IMG/VR virus record: IMGVR_UViG_3300031151_000426
Reading direction: 5' to 3' (one strand)
Source: a virus
Lineage: Duplodnaviria > Caudoviricetes
Length of the DNA: 64,000 bases
The notes under the pieces are model-generated. The model searched no databases and was not told the origin of the DNA. It was given only the letters and a program-made list of their open reading frames with translations. Each line of letters starts with the position of its first letter. The first letter of the stretch is position 1. Positions 35,915-43,359 of this stretch are shown in pieces. The position numbers were made by a program, and so were the translations under genes.

Positions 35915-36660
35915 CTTCTTGGTTGTGTGAGAACTCCAAGAATACCACCGAGCCTAATGTGGTGAAAAGACAGGCAGCAGTTGCAGTACGGCATATGGCA
36001 CATGTGCCGCAGCGGTCCGGGGATTCCTTGCAAGACATATCCAGATCCAGCGGATAGCCGGAATGTGCAAGCCAGGCGAGTACGACAGCCAGAAACGCTT
36101 CACCAGCGTGGCGATCAGGTGTGACACCTCGGAACAGACGAGGATGCAACGATGAGAGCACTATCTGTGAATAAGCACACCAGATCGAAATGCGATACGT
36201 GATGCCCAATCGATAGCTGTTAGAAACATCATTTAGTGCTCTTAACGTTGTGGTGAAAGCAGGCACCGATGTGTCGGGACACAAGTGGAGTAACAAGAAA
36301 CGATGTCGGCGAGTTCCCGGCCACCACAACCAAATCACGTAGCCAGCGTGGTAACCCGTAGTAGCTGTACCAGATGCTGTGTGTAGTCTTGGCGGTCGGC
36401 AGTTGTGAATGTCCTTAATGTCGACCGCCCCTTTTACACAACTGAAAGCGCGTTCAGCCGGTTCCTTGAGAGGCCTCGGTCGTTAAATCAATCTCAGGAG
36501 AGCGCGCTCCCAATTGTGGAGAAGCTAACTGGCGGTGGCAGCCGCCCGTTTCACTAAGTGCCCAGGTAGGGTGCTTACTAAAACGAAACCCCTTTATTTT
36601 TTGTCGCCACCCGGCGAGGGATTCGTGCAACCAAAAATCAGCGCTGTGCAGAGCGCTTAT
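35915..36660 (+). ncRNA. Long structured pL leader region
   Basis: Dense run of hairpins and long stems with no credible ORF (see findings). Confidence 0.55.
36249..36332 (+). ncRNA. tRNA-like element ending in ACCA
   Basis: 7-bp stem TGTGGTG/CACCACA plus A-CCA; stacked 5-bp stem GTCGG/CCGGC with a 7-nt loop; no canonical TTC loop or anticodon arm. Confidence 0.5.
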
Positions 36661-36678
36661 AACACGGAGAAACTATCC

Positions 36679-37038
36679 ATGACGAACACACAGAACGTCA
36701 CCGAGTTACAACCACGCATGACCAGAGAGCAGCTTATCGACGCAGCTCGTAAGGCCGCCCCTCTCCTCCCTGCCGCTTACTGCTGGATGGTTAACGAACT
36801 GGCTACACGCCTTGATGTTACCAGCGTCGCGCTCTGTGAAGCGATGGCGCAGCGTAAGGAACTTGCTGAGCAGAACGCCACCCTGCGTGAGGATGTTACC
36901 TACTGGGCCAAAGAGTGCGATCGCATCGAAGAGCGCCACACCAAAACGCCTACCAACATGCACCTACTGGAAGCTCAGCGAGAACTCCGTGAGCTGCCTC
37001 GTGTCGTCATTTCCCTGAATAATGAGGTCACTCTCTAA
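36679..37038 (+). CDS. Early-left hypothetical protein
   Basis: GGAG RBS; MTNTQNVTELQPRMTREQL; coupled to the next gene. Confidence 0.75.
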   Translation: MTNTQNVTELQPRMTREQLIDAARKAAPLLPAAYCWMVNELATRLDVTSVALCEAMAQRKELAEQNATLREDVTYWAKECDRIEERHTKTPTNMHLLEAQRELRELPRVVISLNNEVTL

Positions 37039-38060
37039 TGGCTAACTCATTCAAGCAAATGACCAAGGCCGGTGTAATTAAGCGCACCGATACCGGGATG
37101 TTTATCGCTCTTTCCGATATCCACGTTCGTGAAGGTTTCAACAAGCGTGAAGACGATGAACGCACCCGCCAGGCTGATAATGACCTGTTCAACTATCTGA
37201 TGAACGGCGGATCAGTTCCACCGATTGAAGTTATCGCGCGTGATGAAGGTGGTGTTTGGGTTGTTGAAGGTCACCGCCGTCGCCGCTGCTATGCGCGCTG
37301 TGCTGAAGCTGGCAAGCCAGTAGACCGCATACACATCATGCCGTTCAACGGTAACGATGTGCAGCGCCTGGCGCGCATCATGACCAGTAATAACCAGCTG
37401 CCGCTCTCCGATATGGAACAGGCTGCAGTTATTCAGGAGCTGCATAACGCCTTCAACCAGACCACCAGCGAGATCGCAAAACTGGTCAATAAGTCAGTGG
37501 CCACGGTAGAGAAGTTGCTGCTTCTGAGCACGGCGAACCATGACGTTCAACAGGAAGTTAAATCCGGTGCGGTGTCAGTCGATGTCGCAGTCGATCGCGT
37601 CATGGAGTATGGCGAACAGGCCGGAAAAGTTCTCCAGCACGATAAGGCTGTAGCGGCAGCCCAAGGGAAAACGAAAGTTACCCGCAGTTCTATCGCTCCT
37701 GAACTCAGCGTAAAGAACGCGCGCCGGTTCGTTGAGCTTATGGCTCAGGCCACGATCAGTGATGAAGGTGTTTTCACGCTTGAAGGAACTGCCCTTGCTG
37801 AAGCGCTGGCCATTATGGACGAGCACAAAGCAATAGCGGAAGCGCGTGAAACATACCGCCTGTCACAGCCAGTGCCTGAAACAGAGGTGGTAGGAAAAAC
37901 GCTTTTCGTGAAACTGGAAGGAATTGAGATCGGTACCGCTCAAATCTATCGCGGCAAGAACGTCATCCTGAATGGGATCGTCACCAGCCGGTCAAAGGCT
38001 GTTGCCCACTTCGTTAAGCAACACAAACTGCAGCAGGAAAATAATCATGACAGCCAATAA
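37038..38060 (+). CDS. ParB/Srx-like N-terminal domain protein
   Basis: REGFNKR, VPPIEV, VVEGHRR motifs; HTH EIAKLVNKS. Confidence 0.8.
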   Translation: MANSFKQMTKAGVIKRTDTGMFIALSDIHVREGFNKREDDERTRQADNDLFNYLMNGGSVPPIEVIARDEGGVWVVEGHRRRRCYARCAEAGKPVDRIHIMPFNGNDVQRLARIMTSNNQLPLSDMEQAAVIQELHNAFNQTTSEIAKLVNKSVATVEKLLLLSTANHDVQQEVKSGAVSVDVAVDRVMEYGEQAGKVLQHDKAVAAAQGKTKVTRSSIAPELSVKNARRFVELMAQATISDEGVFTLEGTALAEALAIMDEHKAIAEARETYRLSQPVPETEVVGKTLFVKLEGIEIGTAQIYRGKNVILNGIVTSRSKAVAHFVKQHKLQQENNHDSQ

Positions 38061-38667
38061 ATTTATGACCGGCGAACAGCTGGATGAACTCATGACTGTT
38101 GCAGTGAATATGCAACGCGATAGTGAAAAATCGGGTGATCGCCCTACCGCTATGTTCGCTTATGCAGTTCAGGTTGCCGTTCTGGAGTTGCGCAAGGTTC
38201 GCAATCATGCTGCAAAAATACCTGAAACCAGCATGAGCATAGCCCGTTACTGGATTAGTCCTAACGGAATTGCCTGTGAAGATAATGAAGGCAAGTTTGT
38301 TAGATACGAAGACTATGCCGTACTTGAAGCCAGATGCACGGCGCTGGCTGCGGAGAATGCGGGGCTGAAGGACTGGAGTCCTAATCCGCATAGCGCCTCG
38401 ATGTTTGAAGCTATCGAGAAAGCTGAGCAACTCATGGATGACGGTATGCCTGAGCTGGCAATGGTCGAGGCGTTCGAGATTCTCAAGCTTAAACGAACCC
38501 AGGCCACCGATGCCTACCTGGCTGAAGTGCGGGCGCAGGCTGTTGATATGTGCTCAGCCGAGATACAGAAACAAACCTGGGATGAGCGAGAAGGTGATGG
38601 GATTGTCGCGGCAATTGACGCTATGGAAATCTATGCACTTCAGCTTCGCAAAGGAGTGCAGTCATGA
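38047..38667 (+). CDS. Ead/Ea22-like mosaic early protein
   Basis: GKFVRYEDY, ALAAENAGLK and TDAYLAEVRAQAV segments. Confidence 0.65.
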   Translation: MTANKFMTGEQLDELMTVAVNMQRDSEKSGDRPTAMFAYAVQVAVLELRKVRNHAAKIPETSMSIARYWISPNGIACEDNEGKFVRYEDYAVLEARCTALAAENAGLKDWSPNPHSASMFEAIEKAEQLMDDGMPELAMVEAFEILKLKRTQATDAYLAEVRAQAVDMCSAEIQKQTWDEREGDGIVAAIDAMEIYALQLRKGVQS

Positions 38668-38876
38668 GCAAACCAACCGACGAAGAAATTATTCAGGCAC
38701 TGACAGCGCATGGTCGATGCATGACCTACGTTGTGACCAACGTTCTCCGCCGAAAATACTGGCCTCTTGATACCGCATGCATACTGCGCCGCCTGAAGAA
38801 GCTAGAGGTGGAGGGAAAAGTTCGCCGCGTTAAAAGTAGCTACGCAGTCCAAATCTGCTGGGAGGCCGCCCAATGA
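38664..38876 (+). CDS. Small winged-helix-like protein
   Basis: 70 aa; ILRRLKKLEVEGKVRR; ATGA coupling. Confidence 0.65.
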   Translation: MSKPTDEEIIQALTAHGRCMTYVVTNVLRRKYWPLDTACILRRLKKLEVEGKVRRVKSSYAVQICWEAAQ

Positions 38877-39343
38877 GAAACATTGACAAACAAGATTTGA
38901 CTGCTGAATCAGTGCGCGAGTCAGGAAACATCCTGCTCATCGTAGCCGCTCGTATGGCTCGTCGTGAACTCTTCACACCACTGCATTACGTCAGAGAGCT
39001 TCCTCAGAAAGTGGTCAGTATGCGCGTATTCCGTGAAGCGCTGGAGAGGTCTGAGGAAACTCTACAGCGTGAAGTATGCAAAATCGTGGACGGTCACGAT
39101 CTTATGCAAAAGAAGCTGAAAGAGGCTGAAGAAAAGCTGGAAGCCGCAGAGAAGCGCGTGGCCGAGCTGGAGGCCATCGCTAAATCTGTAAAATTTGACC
39201 CAATTCCAATGGAAGATTTAGGCAACAAGAGCGACGGCAAAAAACACCCATACATGTTTGGTGCTGGATATAACAGCGCAGTGGTTCACTGTGAAAGCGT
39301 GTTGCTTCAGGCGTTCGCCGCCGCAGCCGGTAAAGGAGAGTGA
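38873..39343 (+). CDS. Ead/Ea22-like coiled-coil protein
   Basis: LEAAEKRVAELEA and AAAAGKGE tail typical of this region; ATGA coupling. Confidence 0.65.
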   Translation: MRNIDKQDLTAESVRESGNILLIVAARMARRELFTPLHYVRELPQKVVSMRVFREALERSEETLQREVCKIVDGHDLMQKKLKEAEEKLEAAEKRVAELEAIAKSVKFDPIPMEDLGNKSDGKKHPYMFGAGYNSAVVHCESVLLQAFAAAAGKGE

Positions 39344-39525
39344 GCATGAAGCTTGATGTCACTCCTGCGCAGCTCGAAGCAATTAAGCGCCTAACCGATG
39401 ACTGCGCATCGATGGTCGGCTGCGGTGAGGAAGAGTCAGACAAGGCGTGGTCGAAAAATATTGACCTGATTGACCGCATGCTCAAAAAGAATGGCCACGA
39501 ACGGGAATTCAAAGGTGAGGACTAA
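39340..39525 (+). CDS. Hypothetical protein
   Basis: 61 aa, coupled within the operon. Confidence 0.6.
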   Translation: MSMKLDVTPAQLEAIKRLTDDCASMVGCGEEESDKAWSKNIDLIDRMLKKNGHEREFKGED

Positions 39526-39528
39526 TCC

Positions 39529-40191
39529 ATGACATTAACCAAAGAATGGCTTCGGAAGACAATCGCGGAGCTTGAAGAAGAGCGCGATGCTGTGCCAGGC
39601 GCAGTAAACGAAGACGCGGCCAAGGCGCTCGCTGCGATGAAGCTGGCGCTGGCATCGCTCGAAGCTGAGCCTGCCATTCACCGCTGGCGTCGGGTGACCG
39701 TTGAGCCATACGGCCCTTATCCTTGGCATTACGGTAATTTTATCGGCTTCTCAAAACCCGTTGAGGGAATTGAGGACGAGTATTATTACTCCGCCACGCC
39801 AGCGCCGGTATCTGTGAAAGACCACCAGATTCGTGAGCTGGTAAATGAGCTGCGCGACATCGCTGTTGAGTACCACGGCACGCAGCAGCTGCGCGAACGC
39901 ATTGCCAGAACCGTCCGCGCCGCCATGCTTCAGGGTGCAGATGGCAACTCTCCGGTGATGCCGGATGGTTGGGTAGCTTGCAGTGAGCGGATGCCAGATA
40001 AAGGCCAGAATGTGCTTATATCTGTGAACTTTGATAGCCCGCTGATTGAACCTTTAATCTGTTCAGCTCGCTATACAGGTAGTACGTTTCGAAGAGGTGA
40101 CGTAACAGTTAAGCCAGGAGAGGGAGTTGAAGAGGTAACCCACTGGATGCCACTGCCAGCAGCACCGCAGCAGGAGGTGAAGAATGGCTAA
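39529..40191 (+). CDS. Eaa-like protein with DUF551 C-terminus
   Basis: PDGWVACSERMP...VTHWMPLPAAPQQE. Confidence 0.8.
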   Translation: MTLTKEWLRKTIAELEEERDAVPGAVNEDAAKALAAMKLALASLEAEPAIHRWRRVTVEPYGPYPWHYGNFIGFSKPVEGIEDEYYYSATPAPVSVKDHQIRELVNELRDIAVEYHGTQQLRERIARTVRAAMLQGADGNSPVMPDGWVACSERMPDKGQNVLISVNFDSPLIEPLICSARYTGSTFRRGDVTVKPGEGVEEVTHWMPLPAAPQQEVKNG

Positions 40192-40486
40192 CCTGCAACT
40201 GGCTGTTAACGGTGAATACTTCGACCAGATGAAGTCTGGTGAGAAAACCGAAGAGTACCGACTGGTAAATCCGTACTGGTGCCGCAGGCTATCGCATGGC
40301 CATAACCAGCAATTACCGCGGCGCTTTGACCGCCTGATTATTACCCGCGGCTATCCAAAACGCGGGGACGCGAGCAAGCGCATCGACATCCCGTATGACG
40401 GTTACGAGGTGAAGGTGATAACACATCCGCACTTCGGCCCCGACCCGGTGAAGGTCTTTGCCATCAGGGTGAACATCCATGCCTAA
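40184..40486 (+). CDS. ASCH-domain protein
   Basis: YFDQMKSGEKTEEYR (GxKxxExR) motif. Confidence 0.82.
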   Translation: MANLQLAVNGEYFDQMKSGEKTEEYRLVNPYWCRRLSHGHNQQLPRRFDRLIITRGYPKRGDASKRIDIPYDGYEVKVITHPHFGPDPVKVFAIRVNIHA

Positions 40487-40559
40487 CCCATTCGACTTCG
40501 TGATGTTCGTGCTGCTGGCAATCTGCGCACTTCAGCAAATGGGGTGGCTGCCATGGTGA
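40479..40559 (+). CDS. 26-aa hydrophobic peptide (not in the ORF track)
   Basis: MPNPFDFVMFVLLAICALQQMGWLPW; overlaps the ASCH stop; its TGA overlaps the GTG of the next gene. Confidence 0.45.
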   Translation: MPNPFDFVMFVLLAICALQQMGWLPW

Positions 40560-40822
40560 GTAAACTCAAACAGCGGCGCCTGCGCCGCCTTAAAGCCGAC
40601 GTAGTCTGGTGGAAAGGTGAAGCATCGGACCTGTACGACAGAGTCATGGAGCAGGCAGACGAAATAGCCGAACTCCGCAGGCTGGTTATCCGTGTGCCGA
40701 TGCCGGTACTCATACCTAAAGAGATGGCCCACCAGCTTTATTACACCGAAACGAACAGATGTCGTACCTGCAATGATGGCCTCCGTGGTGGTTGTTCATC
40801 ATGCATTTTCTATAAGAGATAA
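40553..40822 (+). CDS. Hypothetical protein with C-terminal CxxC/CxxC
   Basis: SKLKQRRLRRLKADV; CRTC...CSSC. Confidence 0.65.
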   Translation: MVSKLKQRRLRRLKADVVWWKGEASDLYDRVMEQADEIAELRRLVIRVPMPVLIPKEMAHQLYYTETNRCRTCNDGLRGGCSSCIFYKR

Positions 40823-40855
40823 CCGGGTGCAGCCGGTTGAGTGGAGAACTATACG

Positions 40856-41083
40856 ATGAGCGGACAAAGCCAACGTTTTCTTACCCCTGATGACCTCTAT
40901 CAGCTTACTGGTTATCGTCGCCCTTCCCTTCAGTGCCGAGCGCTGAAAGAAAGTGGTGTATTTTTCGTGCCACGTAAAGACGGCAGGCCAGGCACCACAT
41001 GGGATCATGTAACCAACCCTGCAGGCCTCAAGCTGGTAGTAAACAATCCAGAGGAAGAAGAACCAAACTTTAAGGACATGTAA
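40856..41083 (+). CDS. Excisionase-like protein (DUF4224)
   Basis: FLTPDDLYQLTGYRRPSLQCRAL...DGRP...EPNF; coupled to int. Confidence 0.82.
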   Translation: MSGQSQRFLTPDDLYQLTGYRRPSLQCRALKESGVFFVPRKDGRPGTTWDHVTNPAGLKLVVNNPEEEEPNFKDM

Positions 41084-42093
41084 TGCCCAGAATCCGCAAA
41101 AACCCAGATGATAACTGGATGCCGCCCCGCGTTCGCCGGGGCAAGTCAGCCTATGAGTTCAGAACGCCTGACGGAAGAACAGTAAGATTGTGCAACCACG
41201 ATCTCACTAAGTCTCAGGTATGGGCAGCCTATGAAAACTTCATCAACGATATCAAGGTTGGTTCCAACTTCCACGCACTTTGCGAAGAGTTTTTTAACTC
41301 TGGTGACTTTCATGAACTGGCAACAGAAACCAGAAAGGATTACCGGAAATATGGTTCGAAGGTAAATGTTGTTTTCGGAAAGATGAAACCAGAAAATATC
41401 AAGCCGGAGCACATCAGAAAGTATATGGATAAGAGAGGAGTTAAGAGCAGGGTTCAGGCGAACCGAGAGAAAGCGTTTATGTCGAGAGTGTTCAGGTGGG
41501 CATATGAGCGTGGCAAAGTGAAGATGAATCCATGCCAGGGTGTGAAGCAGTTTAAGGAGCAGGCGCGCACACGTTACGTCACGGACAAAGAATATGATGC
41601 ACTATTCAGCGTTTCTTCGGTACCGGTGAAGATTGCTATGGAATTGGCCTATTTATGCTGTGCACGTCAGGGTGACATCCTGGATCTTAAAAAGAGTCAA
41701 ATTCTTGATGAAGGTATTCTAATTCAGCAAAGCAAGACGGCAGTTAGTCAAATTAAAGCGTGGACAGTACGCCTGGCAAATGCGATCACCCTGGCTGATT
41801 CCCTTCCGTTAGCTAGCGGCATGGTAAGCCTGTACGTGATCCACCAGCAGTCAGGTTCTCGTTACACACGAGATGCATTTAACTCTCAGTGGATGAAGGC
41901 GAAAAAGTTAGCTGCAGAAAAATTTTCTGAGCTCGAATTTAACTTCACGTTCCATGATCTGAAAGCTAAAGGGATATCTGATCTGGAAGGAACGCTGCAT
42001 GAGAAACAGGAAATTTCAGGCCACAAAAATGCTTCGCAGACTGCAAGATATAACCGCAAAATATCTGTAGTGCCGGTGGTTGGAGGGCAGTAA
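41083..42093 (+). CDS. int: Tyrosine integrase
   Basis: CARQGD, QSKT, TFHDLKAK, SGH...TARY catalytic motifs; adjacent to att. Confidence 0.93.
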   Translation: MPRIRKNPDDNWMPPRVRRGKSAYEFRTPDGRTVRLCNHDLTKSQVWAAYENFINDIKVGSNFHALCEEFFNSGDFHELATETRKDYRKYGSKVNVVFGKMKPENIKPEHIRKYMDKRGVKSRVQANREKAFMSRVFRWAYERGKVKMNPCQGVKQFKEQARTRYVTDKEYDALFSVSSVPVKIAMELAYLCCARQGDILDLKKSQILDEGILIQQSKTAVSQIKAWTVRLANAITLADSLPLASGMVSLYVIHQQSGSRYTRDAFNSQWMKAKKLAAEKFSELEFNFTFHDLKAKGISDLEGTLHEKQEISGHKNASQTARYNRKISVVPVVGGQ

Positions 42094-42117
42094 TGCCCTC
42101 TTTATCTGGTGAAGTCG

Positions 42118-42146
42118 AATGGCGAAACAATGGCGAATGGCGAAAA
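42118..42146. repeat. Three tandem integrase arm-type repeats AATGGCGAA
   Basis: AATGGCGAAACAATGGCGAATGGCGAAAA between int and the att core. Confidence 0.7.
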
Positions 42147-42154
42147 ATAGACAA

Positions 42155-42178
42155 TAAAAAACCACCTTTCGGTGGTTT
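42155..42178 (-). terminator. Phage-supplied terminator for the tRNA transcript
   Basis: Minus strand AAACCACC-GAAA-GGTGGTTTTTT; same position relative to the tRNA as the host terminator at 1077-1101. Confidence 0.75.
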
Positions 42179-42212
42179 ATACGACACTGCTTATCATTGA
42201 TTTTATTCTACT

Positions 42213-42276
42213 TTTCCCATGGTAGCCGGAGTGGGACTTGAACCCACACAGCGCGAACGCCGAGGGATTTTAAATC
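42213..42276. repeat. att core direct repeat, junction between prophage 1 and prophage 2
   Basis: Identical to 1136-1199. Confidence 0.92.
42220..42276 (-). pseudogene. leuZ: Second 3' fragment of tRNA-Leu(UAA)
   Basis: Same 57 nt as 1143-1199; no tRNA 5' half follows at 42277 onward. Confidence 0.88.
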
Positions 42277-42393
42277 GTGCGCTTTCTTCTTAAATATCAA
42301 TTTGATAGCGCACTTTTTCATAACATCAAATGTTAGCGCAACCTTTATCATTCAGTTACTTACAATAAGTTAATGTCCGATATTACGTATACA

Positions 42394-42434
42394 TTGACCA
42401 TATCTACGATCCCATTTACTGTGTATGCATACAG
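42394..42434 (+). promoter_or_regulatory. SOS promoter with LexA box
   Basis: TTGACC(42394)-17-TACTGT; CTGTGTATGCATACAG 42419-42434 overlaps the -10 element. Confidence 0.8.
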
Positions 42435-42452
42435 CGAGAAAAGGATGGTTTT

Positions 42453-42722
42453 ATGGCTACCGCAAAAGAGTCGAATGCAGGAGCAATGCCTGAGTTAACT
42501 GATTTTGCTATCAGTTACTGCGCGCTCACAGAACATGTTCTGTTACACGCCAAATTTACAGACACTATGGCTTCTGTCCCATCATGGCCGTCAGTGCAAT
42601 TCCCTGATCAAACGATCTGCTTGTCCCGCAGACAAGCTGAAAATCTCCTGCATGAACTAAAGAAAGCCGTCGATTACATAGATGCTGGCATTGAGCATCC
42701 TTCCATTAAATTCATCGACTAA
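42453..42722 (+). CDS. LexA-controlled hypothetical protein
   Basis: 89 aa; AAGGA RBS; first gene after the SOS promoter. Confidence 0.7.
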   Translation: MATAKESNAGAMPELTDFAISYCALTEHVLLHAKFTDTMASVPSWPSVQFPDQTICLSRRQAENLLHELKKAVDYIDAGIEHPSIKFID

Positions 42723-42732
42723 AAGGTGTCTC

Positions 42733-42999
42733 ATGTTCGTTGAACTGGTCTATGACAAGCGAAATGTTGAAGGGCTCCAAGGGGCCAGAGAAATTATTCT
42801 GGCCGAGCTGACGAAGCGGGTGCACCAGATTTTCCCTGATGCCGAAGTGAAGGTGAAGCCGATGCAGGCGAACGGTTTGAATAGCGATGCAAGTAAAAAC
42901 GATCGTGAAAAGCTGAACCGCATGCTGGAGGATATGTTTGAAGAGTCCGACATGTGGCTGGTTTCTGAATTCCCATCAGTCCGCCAAGTTGGACTGTAA
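42733..42999 (+). CDS. dinI: DinI-family protein
   Basis: 88 aa; near-identical to 2004-2270. Confidence 0.85.
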   Translation: MFVELVYDKRNVEGLQGAREIILAELTKRVHQIFPDAEVKVKPMQANGLNSDASKNDREKLNRMLEDMFEESDMWLVSEFPSVRQVGL

Positions 43000-43127
43000 T
43001 ATCTCATAGGATTCAGCAAGATGATGCTGAGGTGTCGATCTTATGTCGTGATGGTGGTAGCCTATGTACCTTTGAAAACTGACGTATAGATTATGCGGTT
43101 CTATCTTAGGATCGAGGTGAGCGATAA

Positions 43128-43301
43128 ATGAAAATTTCCATATCATCTTTGTCAAAGTGGGCCGTTAGATTAGCTGGAAGTTTAAGCGCATTATTCCTTT
43201 TGACAGGAAAGTCATGGGGTGATATGTCACTTGCTACCATCGAGGTCTTAGCAATTATCATGTGGGCAGAAACTGAATATAGATTTTTGAAGAAAAAGTA
43301 G
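43128..43301 (+). CDS. 57-aa small membrane protein (not in the ORF track)
   Basis: GAGGTG RBS; MKISISSLSKWAVRLAGSLSALFLLTGKSWGDMSLATIEVLAIIMWAETEYRFLKKK. Confidence 0.5.
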   Translation: MKISISSLSKWAVRLAGSLSALFLLTGKSWGDMSLATIEVLAIIMWAETEYRFLKKK

Positions 43302-43359
43302 GTTTCTGGTTTTTAAATATATTTTTTAAGACAGTTACTATTTTTAAGGTTGTTCACAA

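Larger units (their letters stand above)
1200..42212. mobile_element. Prophage 1, HK97-like lambdoid siphovirus, apparently complete (~41 kb)
   Basis: Bounded by 64-bp att repeats; contains int/xis, cI/cro, replication, Q, lysis, cos, terminase, portal, protease, capsid and tail genes. Confidence 0.95.

Noticed and set aside
35910-36338. 142-aa minus-strand ORF and the N-terminal extensions of 35458..36033 and 36535..37038
   Set aside because: No RBS and atypical composition; they overlie a heavily structured leader, and better starts exist at 35904 and 36679.
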